From the IMG/VR virus record IMGVR_UViG_3300027769_000015: DNA of 64,000 nucleotides; one strand, given 5' to 3'. The position numbers were made by a program, and so were the translations under genes. The notes below the pieces were generated by a model. The model was given only the letters and a program-made list of their open reading frames with translations, did no database searches and was not told the origin of the DNA. Origin of the DNA: an uncultured virus (IMG/VR IMGVR_UViG_3300027769_000015) (Duplodnaviria > Heunggongvirae > Uroviricota > Caudoviricetes). This document shows, one piece after another, positions 28,928 through 38,221 of the stretch (the first letter of the stretch is position 1; the number at the start of each line of letters is the position of its first letter).

Positions 28928-29585
28928 TTTGGGTGGTCCTATTGCTAAATCTTGCTCGAGCAAAACTGATTACCTTCCCAAAATCTATTATAGAAAAATC
29001 TAATTCATTCCATATCTTATTTGCCAAAGCTGCAGAAAGCAGTGGGCAGTCTAAAATAACTGTATCCACTTTACCCTTATAGGCAGAGAGAGATTCAATT
29101 ATAGAATCCAACTTATCATAATAATCATTATATGGAACATAAATTGTGTCAACTGGAGAACCCAAAACTCTTGTAATAACTTTTCTATCATGGAAAGTAA
29201 CCACTACATATGGAGTATTTCTTATGTAGAAATCAACAAAAGAAGTAAAAGCTACTTCATTATTATTAAAATAATTTTCAAGAGTTGTTGAATTATAATA
29301 AACTTGATTAGAATCTACTTTTGAATAATCTAATTCATTTTCTGAATCATTAGAGTTCACAAAAGCTAAAGGGATTCCTTTCATAAAATTCTTATCATTA
29401 ATGCTAAATGACTTAGTTATTGAATCGCTAAACTCTTTAGAATTTTTCTTTATATCTGAATTACCCATAGCGATAAGGGCAGATCTAGGAAAATTCACAT
29501 AAGCAAAACGTTCTCTTGAAAGCATCTTGAGTGTTAGTGACTGAATTGTTTGTGCGTGTGTTGCAATTCTAATATCTTTTTTCAT
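28911..29585 (-). CDS. hypothetical protein, GT-D fold-like
   Basis: RFAYVNF near the N-terminus and VILDC.LLS..LA...IIDFGK near the C-terminus resemble GT-D fold proteins. Confidence 0.5.
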   Translation of the reverse strand: MKKDIRIATHAQTIQSLTLKMLSRERFAYVNFPRSALIAMGNSDIKKNSKEFSDSITKSFSINDKNFMKGIPLAFVNSNDSENELDYSKVDSNQVYYNSTTLENYFNNNEVAFTSFVDFYIRNTPYVVVTFHDRKVITRVLGSPVDTIYVPYNDYYDKLDSIIESLSAYKGKVDTVILDCPLLSAALANKIWNELDFSIIDFGKVISFARARFSNRTTQNEKTD

Positions 29586-29593
29586 TTTTATTC

Positions 29594-30295
29594 CTATCTT
29601 AGAAAATTTCCCCAGTCAATTAAAACTGGGTTTGGGTCTATTATTGAATTAATGTGATTTAAAGCGTGGAATTCTCCACCATCTAAAGTTGAATACCTCT
29701 GGTGCTTTGAGATCTTATCTTCATCTCTGACATAGCCAAGATGTTTCATAACTAATCCTGAATCAATCCAGAAATTTCTTTGCCTAATCCAATCAACTAC
29801 ATAAGTTGGCTCTGAACCACATGCTAGTTTTCTATTGGCAAAGCCGCCATTTTCTTTAAATCTAAATATTCTACTACTATTATTTGGAACCCATAGCTTA
29901 TCTGTGCGCCACTGAGTCTCATTCCACATGTGATAAAAACGAACATTAACAACATCGTATGGTGATTTTGAAAGCACCTGTGAAATATCAATATTGTCTA
30001 TATCGTCTTTATTATAAAGCATTTCGTCACAGTCGATTGCAATAATCCAATCACCTAACTTAGCGTGTTGAGCCATGTTAGACCAGGCAAATGCCCTTAG
30101 TTGCCCCTCATGCTTTGTGAACAATTGCTCTGGAGTTGAATAAACATGACAATATTTTTCTGCTATTTTAGCAGTGTTGTCTGTGGAACAATCATCTGTA
30201 AAGATGATACCATCTACTTGCTGAGAAAGTCTTTCTAAGACTTCTTCTAGAAATCTTCCTTCTTCATTTCTGCCCACCATTTGAGCGTATATCAT
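29594..30295 (-). CDS. family 2 glycosyltransferase
   Basis: GRNEE, FTDDCSTDNT, WIIAIDCDE (DxD), KHLGY. Confidence 0.85.
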   Translation of the reverse strand: MIYAQMVGRNEEGRFLEEVLERLSQQVDGIIFTDDCSTDNTAKIAEKYCHVYSTPEQLFTKHEGQLRAFAWSNMAQHAKLGDWIIAIDCDEMLYNKDDIDNIDISQVLSKSPYDVVNVRFYHMWNETQWRTDKLWVPNNSSRIFRFKENGGFANRKLACGSEPTYVVDWIRQRNFWIDSGLVMKHLGYVRDEDKISKHQRYSTLDGGEFHALNHINSIIDPNPVLIDWGNFLR

Positions 30296-30316
30296 ATACT
30301 TTCCTTAAAGGTTATT

Positions 30317-30348
30317 TGGAGTGACGCCAGTTTAATGGCGCCACTCCA
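30317..30348. terminator. intergenic hairpin, possible terminator or processing site
   Basis: TGGAGTG.CGCCA...TGGCG.CACTCCA inverted repeat; no clear U-tract. Confidence 0.45.
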
Positions 30349-30363
30349 CAATTAATAGGATAA

Positions 30364-30546
30364 TTAGATCTCTAACATTTCTCGGACTTCTACAGCCGAG
30401 ATTCGATCTACGTTAGTCTTACTGGTAATAACTTCACCCTTAACACCACGACGTCCAAGGACAACCTTTTCAGCCTCTGACTTATTCTTGGCCTTAACAA
30501 CATAAGAAGTTGTTACCTCGAAATAGTTGAACTTATTATCTGCCAT
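30364..30546 (-). CDS. hypothetical protein
   Basis: 60 aa ORF with AAGGA SD. Confidence 0.7.
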   Translation of the reverse strand: MADNKFNYFEVTTSYVVKAKNKSEAEKVVLGRRGVKGEVITSKTNVDRISAVEVREMLEI

Positions 30547-30556
30547 ATTATTTCCT

Positions 30557-30970
30557 TTATTTTGTTGATGGATATGTATGAGATATATATTCTACAGCTT
30601 CTTCTAGTGTATCTGCAAGTTTTGTAGCAAGAAACTTTAGATAAACACGGTGTTGCAGTTCTTGGTGCGCCCAAACGATAATTGGCTGATCATTTAAATG
30701 CGCCCAAGTCATTTCAAAATCGGTTCCAACATACGCTCTATACAAAAGTCTATATTCGACAAGCAATATGTCACAGCTCTTTTGCAGGAAGAGATTTTTG
30801 TCTACAATCTCTTTAGGCTCACAATCTTCTTCTTCTAAAGCGTAGTCTAATGGGTTTACAGCCTTAAAGCCTCTTTGAGCCAACATCGATGTTGCCTCAT
30901 CTCTCCAATCATATTTAAAATTAGATTGAACATCTTCTATAGCGCCTGATAAAAACACTCTAGTTTGCAT
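30557..30970 (-). CDS. nucleoside 2-deoxyribosyltransferase-like protein
   Basis: VFLSGAI, WR...NPLD, CDILLV, GTDFEM.WA motifs. Confidence 0.75.
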   Translation of the reverse strand: MQTRVFLSGAIEDVQSNFKYDWRDEATSMLAQRGFKAVNPLDYALEEEDCEPKEIVDKNLFLQKSCDILLVEYRLLYRAYVGTDFEMTWAHLNDQPIIVWAHQELQHRVYLKFLATKLADTLEEAVEYISHTYPSTK

Positions 30971-31385
30971 TAGCTACCTCTTTAGCTGGCCAATGGTATG
31001 GAAGATTAGGATCTTCGTCAAAATATTGGGAATAATATTCATAATCTTTACGCAATAGATTAGACCTATGTGAACGATGAAATTCCTCTAAGCCAAACCA
31101 TGGTGGCATAACTACTGAATCTATGTCTATTTCTTCTAATAGCATGGTGTTTTTGTAACCTCTGCTAATCCACTCTTGAATGGTGTAGTTCTGATAGAGC
31201 TGTAAAGCTGATTCATAGCCGGTCCACATAACAGTAACCGGATGATTGCGCCAACCTTTTGTTGGAGTGCGATCAAGTAAGATATTTAAGACTTGGAAAG
31301 TTTCTACTCGTTGCTTTCCAAGTCTACGATAATCTAATACCCGGACTGATTCCTGAAAATCTGGGTATGGTAAAAATGTTTGCAT
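30960..31385 (-). CDS. MSMEG_6728-like / pyrimidine-dimer glycosylase-related protein
   Basis: MQTFLPYPDF..S..VLD.RRLGKQRVE, GWRNHP...MW.GY, PPW.G...HRSHRSNLLRKD. Confidence 0.85.
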   Translation of the reverse strand: MQTFLPYPDFQESVRVLDYRRLGKQRVETFQVLNILLDRTPTKGWRNHPVTVMWTGYESALQLYQNYTIQEWISRGYKNTMLLEEIDIDSVVMPPWFGLEEFHRSHRSNLLRKDYEYYSQYFDEDPNLPYHWPAKEVANAN

Positions 31386-31786
31386 TATGCCTTCTTAAAT
31401 TCATTAAAAGTTTTGTCACCTACACCAAAGTACTCTCTAGCTAATCCAGCCTTAACAATTTCAGTATTAAGACATTCTCCAGCTTCGTTCCATACTCTAG
31501 CAAGAATTCTACCATACTTCTCATTCTTGTCCAGGATAGTTTCAATCTTTACTTTATTATTAGCTTTCTTGATCCACTGATCGGTAAACTCTTTTGCTGC
31601 AAGTCCCATTTTCTTTTCTTCAAGATTTGTAGTGCGGCTTTCCGGTGTGTTGACACCATAGAGTCTCACACTTTTTGGTCCTATGTGAACTTCAAAACCC
31701 AAATCTATATTAATCTTAAAGGTATCACCATCTACTACTTTAACAACTTCTGCGTTGTAGAGGTAAACATTGAATTGATCTGACAT
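31385..31786 (-). CDS. thermonuclease (SNase family)
   Basis: VVKVVDGDT, VRLYGVNTPE, KYGRILA. Confidence 0.9.
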   Translation of the reverse strand: MSDQFNVYLYNAEVVKVVDGDTFKINIDLGFEVHIGPKSVRLYGVNTPESRTTNLEEKKMGLAAKEFTDQWIKKANNKVKIETILDKNEKYGRILARVWNEAGECLNTEIVKAGLAREYFGVGDKTFNEFKKA

Positions 31787-31787
31787 T

Positions 31788-32591
31788 TTAATCTCTTTCT
31801 ATTCCTATAGTGTCGCATGCTTTGCGAAATATTGATTGACTTAATCTAAACTGTGAATCTGCATGACTGTATCCTTCACCTGGCTTAGGCGATGAAGCAT
31901 GCCAGCTGTGCCCAATCGATACACTGCCGTCATACACTACGTTGTAGCCACGATGACGAGCAAAGTATGAGCACCACGTTTCCTCATAGTAGTGAGGAGT
32001 TGGTAGAAAAGCTCCTAAAGCGCCTGGATACATCTTTTGATACTCTTCATCATTAGTTAGTGCCTCCCAAACAGATCTTCTAACAAAATATGCTGAGCCA
32101 GATACCGTTACGCATTCCACTCTATCCCTGTAGAGAACATCCTCCACGTCAAGCTGATGCCAACCACGATGTGCAGGAGCTGTGTTTGATCCAACTATCC
32201 CTGCATGTGTGATATAACCTTTTTCATCACGCTGTTTTGGACCGAGTATATGTATATCGGGATTCGAATAAAATATATTATCTATATCAATTAAATCTTG
32301 ACTAGTCAGCCAAACGTCTGCGTTCAGCAGGCCGATTACATCACTGTATGATGACGACGCCATAAAATTACAAGCCGCTGAATAACCTATGTTAGCTTTT
32401 TTCCAACCATTGGTTATGTAATAGGTATCTTTATTTTCTTCTAACCATTCAAAGCTACCGTCAGTAGAGCCATTATCGCAGATATGAAGATTCCAAACTT
32501 TTCCACTTGTCGTAAAATCAGCGTGGAGTGTATTCATAAATCTCTCTAAGAGAGGCTTAGTATTATAATTGACTACGCACAGGTCTATCAT
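31788..32591 (-). CDS. family 2 glycosyltransferase
   Basis: VVNYNT, DNGSTDGS, NIGYSAACN, LLNADV, VSGSA. Confidence 0.9.
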   Translation of the reverse strand: MIDLCVVNYNTKPLLERFMNTLHADFTTSGKVWNLHICDNGSTDGSFEWLEENKDTYYITNGWKKANIGYSAACNFMASSSYSDVIGLLNADVWLTSQDLIDIDNIFYSNPDIHILGPKQRDEKGYITHAGIVGSNTAPAHRGWHQLDVEDVLYRDRVECVTVSGSAYFVRRSVWEALTNDEEYQKMYPGALGAFLPTPHYYEETWCSYFARHRGYNVVYDGSVSIGHSWHASSPKPGEGYSHADSQFRLSQSIFRKACDTIGIERD

Positions 32592-32866
32592 TTGTTTCTC
32601 TTGTCTTCTACAACAGATTTAAATGCGTCTTCTTTATTTAGTCCAAGATCTAGATACTTGTCATATCTACTAAAAGCTTCTTTTATATTTTCTTTATCAA
32701 AGAATTCTATAAAACTACTTTGTGGATTATATTCTTTTGGATATTCCTTAAAGTAATTTTCTGAGACATCATTAAAATAGTTATATGTACCTTTTCTTTT
32801 TTGGCTATATACCAAATAAGATAATGCTGCAGCTGCTACGATACTAATTCCAATCTTCATCTTCAT
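32588..32866 (-). CDS. hypothetical protein with N-terminal TM helix
   Basis: IGISIVAAAALSYLVY; GGAGG SD upstream. Confidence 0.7.
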   Translation of the reverse strand: MKMKIGISIVAAAALSYLVYSQKRKGTYNYFNDVSENYFKEYPKEYNPQSSFIEFFDKENIKEAFSRYDKYLDLGLNKEDAFKSVVEDKRNK

Positions 32867-33086
32867 CTGAAGATCCTCCTATGAATTTGTTTTCACTTAT
32901 TGCTTTTATTGCTTCTTCACTTAAATGAAGTATAGACAATTTGTCTTTTTCATCCTTGATCGAAGAAGCTAAGTGTATCAAAGAATTTGCTATTTGCAAC
33001 ATCTCGTCTATAGAAGTAATTAAATATGTTTGCCCAGATTCAAGCTTGATATTTACTTTCTTTTTTTCTACTTTTTTCTTAGTCAT
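32844..33086 (-). CDS. hypothetical protein
   Basis: 80 aa ORF, overlap-coupled to neighbours. Confidence 0.65.
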   Translation of the reverse strand: MTKKKVEKKKVNIKLESGQTYLITSIDEMLQIANSLIHLASSIKDEKDKLSILHLSEEAIKAISENKFIGGSSDEDEDWN

Positions 33087-33321
33087 TTTTCTTTTTAGCT
33101 TTCTTAACTTTAACTTCTTCTAATTCTAGATCATCTAACGATACAGGGTAAACACATAGGGAACTTGTATCTGGTTCAAATGTTGCAAAAAGTATTCTCT
33201 TATCATCATTCGTATAACCTTCTGGCGGTGGTGATTCTAGGGCTATTTTTTTTGAAGAACAACCATAAACCTGACTGTGGTTCTTGTACACTACAATATA
33301 ATTTAATTTAGAAGCTGCCAT
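33079..33321 (-). CDS. hypothetical protein
   Basis: 80 aa ORF with AAGGA SD. Confidence 0.65.
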   Translation of the reverse strand: MAASKLNYIVVYKNHSQVYGCSSKKIALESPPPEGYTNDDKRILFATFEPDTSSLCVYPVSLDDLELEEVKVKKAKKKND

Positions 33322-33772
33322 TATCTATCCTTACAGTCTGTACATTTGCTTTTAATAAAAAAGATTCTACGTCTTCCCAATTTTTATAATCGGAATCATG
33401 TAAATAGTATACAGTATTCAAAGTACTATTCGCTATCAACTTAGCGCAACTAAAACATGGTGGTCCATTTACGTATATTTTTGTTGGTCTTGAACTATAA
33501 TCAGAATGAAGTAGTGCGTTAGCTTCTGCGTGAATTGCTATACAGTTATCGTATGTTGATCCACTTTGTGAATTTTCTATAAAGCGTTTACACCCACCCT
33601 CATTGCAGTGTACAAAACCCCTTGGTCCACCGTTATAACCAAAACCAACTATGTGATTGTAGTCGTCGACTAAGATTGCTGCATATTGTTTTTTCCCACA
33701 TGTAGAAAAAATCTTAGAACCATCTACGCACAGCTTCATAAACTGTATATCTTTTTTAGAAATTAAATTCAT
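33308..33772 (-). CDS. dCMP deaminase
   Basis: STC, GFGYNG, IHAEANAL and PCFSCAKLI zinc motifs. Confidence 0.92.
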   Translation of the reverse strand: MNLISKKDIQFMKLCVDGSKIFSTCGKKQYAAILVDDYNHIVGFGYNGGPRGFVHCNEGGCKRFIENSQSGSTYDNCIAIHAEANALLHSDYSSRPTKIYVNGPPCFSCAKLIANSTLNTVYYLHDSDYKNWEDVESFLLKANVQTVRIDNGSF

Positions 33773-33939
33773 GATATAAGCGATATTACAAATCCAGCTA
33801 TTGTCCCCATAATTATAGCCATGCTAATAGTGATAATTTTTATATTTTTTTCATTTGAAGATTGATTCAATATCTGCAAACTTGTTATCCAGTTTATCAA
33901 AACTGAAAATAATATAAACAACAATATATTTTTATACAT
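33769..33939 (-). CDS. small two-TM membrane protein (56 aa)
   Basis: MYKNILLFILFSVLINWITSLQILNQSSNEKNIKIITISMAIIMGTIAGFVISLIS*; ATGA overlap with the deaminase. Confidence 0.6.
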   Translation of the reverse strand: MYKNILLFILFSVLINWITSLQILNQSSNEKNIKIITISMAIIMGTIAGFVISLIS

Positions 33940-34657
33940 GTATCGCAACTAGCCTATCTATGGATACTGGAAACTTTTCTTTTGTTAGATTATATATTGC
34001 TTTTGCATACTCTTGTATTTCTAATTGAGAATCTTCTCCTAGTCTTTGGTTTAAGAAAAGAGCTACAGACTGTAGACTGCAAGACCATCTATACGCAACG
34101 TACATGCCGTATGCTGGCAAGAACAATCTTGCTTGCTCTGGTGCTATGCCCTGCTCTAAGGCCATATTATAGATAGATTCACACTTATTAATAAGCTGTT
34201 TTAATTCTGTGTTTAGAATAGAACCAGTCCAAGGACCTGCTAGTCCGGAAGATCCTTGCTTTTTATTCTCAGCAGCAAGTCTCCACTGATCTGGTTCAGG
34301 TATGTAAAATTCTGGATCCATAGTTATATATCTTCTAGAGGATTCATTCCAAGAATCCATTGTATGGTCTGAACCAACTACATATTTCCAGTGCTGTCTA
34401 GCCACCATAAGCGGAGCTTTAAATTCAAAGGTTAAAAAAGCATGACGAAAAGGTGACATGTGATTTTCTCTTGCTAAAAAATCTATCAACCTTGCATCCT
34501 GTACGGATAGCTCATTTGATTCTTTAGCAAAAGATGCTCTTGCAGCGTTAACTACAGACAGGTCACTGCCCATAACATCTACTAATCTAACATAACCCTT
34601 ATCTAAAACGGCTATTGTGTTATTATCGTAATCTTTATTTTCCGTCTTCTGATCCAT
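33932..34657 (-). CDS. thyX: FAD-dependent thymidylate synthase
   Basis: VVNAARASF, H.SPF.H, VARQ..., WNESSRRY, APEQARLFLP, EIQEYA; start placed at MDQKTEN. Confidence 0.92.
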   Translation of the reverse strand: MDQKTENKDYDNNTIAVLDKGYVRLVDVMGSDLSVVNAARASFAKESNELSVQDARLIDFLARENHMSPFRHAFLTFEFKAPLMVARQHWKYVVGSDHTMDSWNESSRRYITMDPEFYIPEPDQWRLAAENKKQGSSGLAGPWTGSILNTELKQLINKCESIYNMALEQGIAPEQARLFLPAYGMYVAYRWSCSLQSVALFLNQRLGEDSQLEIQEYAKAIYNLTKEKFPVSIDRLVAIHV

Positions 34658-35000
34658 CGTCATAATAATCTTCTTCATCATCCTCTATGTAGATATAATA
34701 TCCTATATCATCTTGATCCAAGTTTACCATATAGTTATTGAAATCTTTTGTTTTTGCGTATAGCAACTCTAAGATTTCTACTACTTCAAGTGGTATCTCA
34801 AATGGCTCATCAGAGTCTTCAGTAAGATTAACTATGATTAAATTTATTTCCTGTATAGCTGTAATTAATTCTGACAAAAACAAAGAATAATCTCTTGCAT
34901 TATTTAGAGACAAAGGACGAGCCAAGCCAGGCATGGACCCTATGTTTTCTGGAGAGGTTATTTCTGAAAATATCTTATCAAAATTTTTATCTTCTGACAC
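34635..35000 (-). CDS. acidic hypothetical protein
   Basis: 121 aa ORF, GTG start. Confidence 0.65.
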   Translation of the reverse strand: MSEDKNFDKIFSEITSPENIGSMPGLARPLSLNNARDYSLFLSELITAIQEINLIIVNLTEDSDEPFEIPLEVVEILELLYAKTKDFNNYMVNLDQDDIGYYIYIEDDEEDYYDDGSEDGK

Positions 35001-35011
35001 AGTAGACCACC

Positions 35012-37111
35012 CTATGCTTTAGTGTTGTCCTTTATGAACTTAATTTCACAAGAATCAGTTGTGCAGTAGCGTTCACCGATTGCATCTGCAGCCATGCCAG
35101 CGTACACTCCAGTCAAATCTATAGGAAACAACGATATTGAAGCATCCGTATATTCTTGTTCTGTTATTTGAGTATATGGCATTTGAGGATATGTATCATT
35201 ACCGCTTGGTAAAAATGACACTGTCTTAAGCTGTCCGTCGTACATGTGAAGAACTGTGCCTACATGCTCTGCTTCGGTGTCTTTGTTAAAAGATATCGTT
35301 ACCGATACAGAATTGTCTGACCAGTAACGTTGTGCGGTTGCAGCTAATGACATTTTTTCAAAGATTGTAACATCTTTTTCTGCTCTTGCAGCGTCTGACT
35401 TGATCGGAAAGTACACAACAGATGTTGTATCTGGAGACTCAGAAGCTGGCTCAACCTTATAGTTGGCCATTCTAAATAGAGGTAGCATTGGATCCTCATT
35501 GGAGAATCTAATAGTTCTATTAAAATACTTTCCACCTGGAGTCCAGTGTACGCCTGGTGATTCGCCAGCAAGAATCGAAACTGTTCCAGAAGGCTTAATT
35601 GTTGTCATCTTTATAGATTCTCTAATACCCAACCATTCAGAATATACATTGTCATAGCGTTGAACAGTCTTATATCCTTCGTCCATCCATTCACGAAGAG
35701 CTGGTACTCCAACTCTGTCAGCAAAGTTAGCCACACCAGACATTGAAGCACCAATGCGACGATTACGTTGCATGATTGCGTTAGTCTCTTCCCAGTGCGT
35801 AGGAAGTAGTGTAACTGTCTTTGCATAGAGGTATGCAAACTTTAGCGTACGCTTATAATCCTCAAGACTATCGTGACGATTAAGATATGTTTCAACCAAG
35901 GTGCAACACTCATATGATTCCAACGATTGTTCAGCGCATGGGTTGTATCCAGCCACTCTATGATCTTTGTTGTTTGGTGGATCAGCCAGACGTCCATATT
36001 TACGTGACATGTCCATCCAGATAACTCCAGGCTCACCATTAAGTGAAATACCTTCCACTATACTTGACAGGTCTGCTCCAACTGCTGTTTCCACAGAGTT
36101 GTTAGACATCCAACCCCAACCTGGAGCAGATGAATCATATGAGTTACGCTCAGGAAAACGATCTGAATTTTTCAGATTTAAGAAATCTTGATCATCTAAA
36201 CGACCAATCAACAACTCAGCTGAACGACGTACGTTTCCAGAGACTACACAAACTCCAATAACGTTTCCAATATCTGCTATGTCTACACGAGTTAGCTTAT
36301 CGCCTTTGCGTCCAGTAAACATTTTTCTTATATGATTATGAAGTTTTTCTAATGGCTCATGACCAGCAGCTACACCACCAAATGTTTTAATTGGCGTACC
36401 ATTTGGACGAATTAACGAGTAATCAAAAAGATATGTAGGTTGATTTTCTTTTAGATATGAGTTCAAGAGAAGAGCCATTGACTCCACCCAACCCTCTCTA
36501 GTGTCAGGAATTATATATGTAGTTGATTCCTTTGGTTCATAGATAGTAAAATCTTTATCTGCCCCCTTATCGTCAAAACCAACACCTACACCAAGCATCG
36601 ATGCTTCCATAAGAAATGCGAATGGTTTTGCTGGGTTAAACTTATTCATTTCTCCAGTAGAAACGAATGCGCAGTTTTGCAGAGCTGCTGAATTCTTTTG
36701 TATGTTTACGATGTTTGTACCCATAGCCCAAAGACCACGACCAGGAGGAGTCCACTTAAGGTTAAATAATCTATCAAAGGCTTCTTTAGCGCTTGCTTGT
36801 GCTCTTGCATCATTCCAAGGTAAACGATTTTTTTTGCAGTGGTCTTTTTGCAAAGAGTACATTCCGTTAATTACTCTTTCGCATACGTCAGACCATGTTT
36901 CTTTTGTGCCGTCTTCTTTCAATCTTGAGTAAGTACGAAGAAATGTAATCTCTCCAACGGAGTTTCCACCTGCATCTCTGTATCCAAATGGTGCAAATTT
37001 AGACCTATAAGATTCTATAAAATCATCACTTAATTTAAATGAAAACATAGAAGACTGCTTATTGGCAATCGGTGTTAGATCTGGATTTCCGTTTTCGATT
37101 TCTTCTGACAT
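35012..37111 (-). CDS. nrdJ: class II (adenosylcobalamin-dependent) ribonucleotide reductase
   Basis: PPGRGLW, NCAF, GNVRRSAE, NPCAEQ, TTIKPSGTVS and C-terminal CTTDSC. Confidence 0.93.
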   Translation of the reverse strand: MSEEIENGNPDLTPIANKQSSMFSFKLSDDFIESYRSKFAPFGYRDAGGNSVGEITFLRTYSRLKEDGTKETWSDVCERVINGMYSLQKDHCKKNRLPWNDARAQASAKEAFDRLFNLKWTPPGRGLWAMGTNIVNIQKNSAALQNCAFVSTGEMNKFNPAKPFAFLMEASMLGVGVGFDDKGADKDFTIYEPKESTTYIIPDTREGWVESMALLLNSYLKENQPTYLFDYSLIRPNGTPIKTFGGVAAGHEPLEKLHNHIRKMFTGRKGDKLTRVDIADIGNVIGVCVVSGNVRRSAELLIGRLDDQDFLNLKNSDRFPERNSYDSSAPGWGWMSNNSVETAVGADLSSIVEGISLNGEPGVIWMDMSRKYGRLADPPNNKDHRVAGYNPCAEQSLESYECCTLVETYLNRHDSLEDYKRTLKFAYLYAKTVTLLPTHWEETNAIMQRNRRIGASMSGVANFADRVGVPALREWMDEGYKTVQRYDNVYSEWLGIRESIKMTTIKPSGTVSILAGESPGVHWTPGGKYFNRTIRFSNEDPMLPLFRMANYKVEPASESPDTTSVVYFPIKSDAARAEKDVTIFEKMSLAATAQRYWSDNSVSVTISFNKDTEAEHVGTVLHMYDGQLKTVSFLPSGNDTYPQMPYTQITEQEYTDASISLFPIDLTGVYAGMAADAIGERYCTTDSCEIKFIKDNTKA

Positions 37112-37120
37112 ACTATCTCC

Positions 37121-37825
37121 TTATTTTACTAATGCTAAAGTCTTTACGTATTTAGGGTTTAATTTTTCTATTTCTGTTTTCTTAATCTTTTTTATCTGGT
37201 CATAATTATACACGTTGTATATCTCTCTCTCGAAGAAATATCCACTTCTCCAGTTAAAAACTTTTTCTATTACATTCTTGTGATTCTGAAAAATATTTGA
37301 TATAACTGCACCACCATATATTCTCACTAAATTCTGCATCTTTTTGGTTACAATGTCTTTATTCTTTTCGTTCAAATCACCATTTTGTTCCGCTTGACCA
37401 TATAACCAATTAAAACTTTGTCTAGTTAGTGGAGAATAATCAATTGGATCTATGATGCCAATCGATAGTAACTCCTTTTGATTAGTTTGAATATATAAAT
37501 CTTTCTTAACTATTTCTAAAAATAAAGAAAACCAATCTCTTTCTTTGTACTGATTCCAGGTAGGGCACCAAAATAAAATAAGATGCGCTGGATCAGGGAT
37601 ATTTGTTTTCTCCATAGTTGGCAATAACATCGTGCAAGATATTGCCCTCTTAATGTCTTCTTTACTAATGTCAGAATTCTTATTCTTGTTTTCAAAGTTC
37701 ATCCACAACTTTGATATATGAGTCTTCCAGTCTGCTTCACCTATATATAGGTTAAGATACTTTTCAGCCACATCTAATGGAAGAGCCTTATCTTTAACTA
37801 CCGTATTTAGTTGATCTAAAAACAT
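37121..37825 (-). CDS. hypothetical protein
   Basis: 234 aa ORF with AAGGA SD; first gene of the replication module. Confidence 0.75.
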   Translation of the reverse strand: MFLDQLNTVVKDKALPLDVAEKYLNLYIGEADWKTHISKLWMNFENKNKNSDISKEDIKRAISCTMLLPTMEKTNIPDPAHLILFWCPTWNQYKERDWFSLFLEIVKKDLYIQTNQKELLSIGIIDPIDYSPLTRQSFNWLYGQAEQNGDLNEKNKDIVTKKMQNLVRIYGGAVISNIFQNHKNVIEKVFNWRSGYFFEREIYNVYNYDQIKKIKKTEIEKLNPKYVKTLALVK

Positions 37826-37881
37826 TCATAATCCTTATTAACTCTAGACAAAACTACAAAAACTTATATAAGACACCCTTT

Positions 37882-37918
37882 AAAACAGTTATCCCGCCCT
37901 GATTGGGGCGGGATAACT
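37882..37918 (-). terminator. strong hairpin with U-tract
   Basis: 13 bp perfect stem AGTTATCCCGCCC/GGGCGGGATAACT followed by GTTTT on the minus strand. Confidence 0.7.
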
Positions 37919-37997
37919 ATCTTACGCTCATTAGATGCGTCGGTTTCCGTACTGACAAGTATATCAGTTAGGATTTTTTTATGTTGTATTTAACTAG

Positions 37998-38201
37998 TTA
38001 TTTCAAGGATGCTGCGGAGTTTTTATCTCCAATTTTTGTAGCTGCAAAACCTTTGATGACGCTGAGTCCTGCTGCAGCTGCAGCTGTTGCTGCTGCCTTA
38101 GCTTGATCAATTCCACCAACTGTATAAACAGCAATGAATGTTTGCGCTGCAGTCCAAAGTGCTCTTTCGACTACATCCTTAATCAATTTCTGATCTGGCA
38201 T
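37998..38201 (-). CDS. holin, r1t/actinophage-type
   Basis: KDVVERALWTAAQTFIAV...AAAAAGLSVIK pattern, two hydrophobic segments; GGAGG SD. Confidence 0.7.
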   Translation of the reverse strand: MPDQKLIKDVVERALWTAAQTFIAVYTVGGIDQAKAAATAAAAAGLSVIKGFAATKIGDKNSAASLK

Positions 38202-38221
38202 TTAGTGCCTCCTTTTTTTTA

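Noticed and set aside
20359..37111. Inteins or introns in DnaE, DnaB or NrdJ
   Set aside because: Lengths are ordinary, motifs are contiguous, and no intein ends or homing-endonuclease inserts were seen
37921..37960. Hammerhead ribozyme (CTAATGAG and GAAAC-like words on the minus strand)
   Set aside because: The core differs from CUGANGA and I could not build the three required stems
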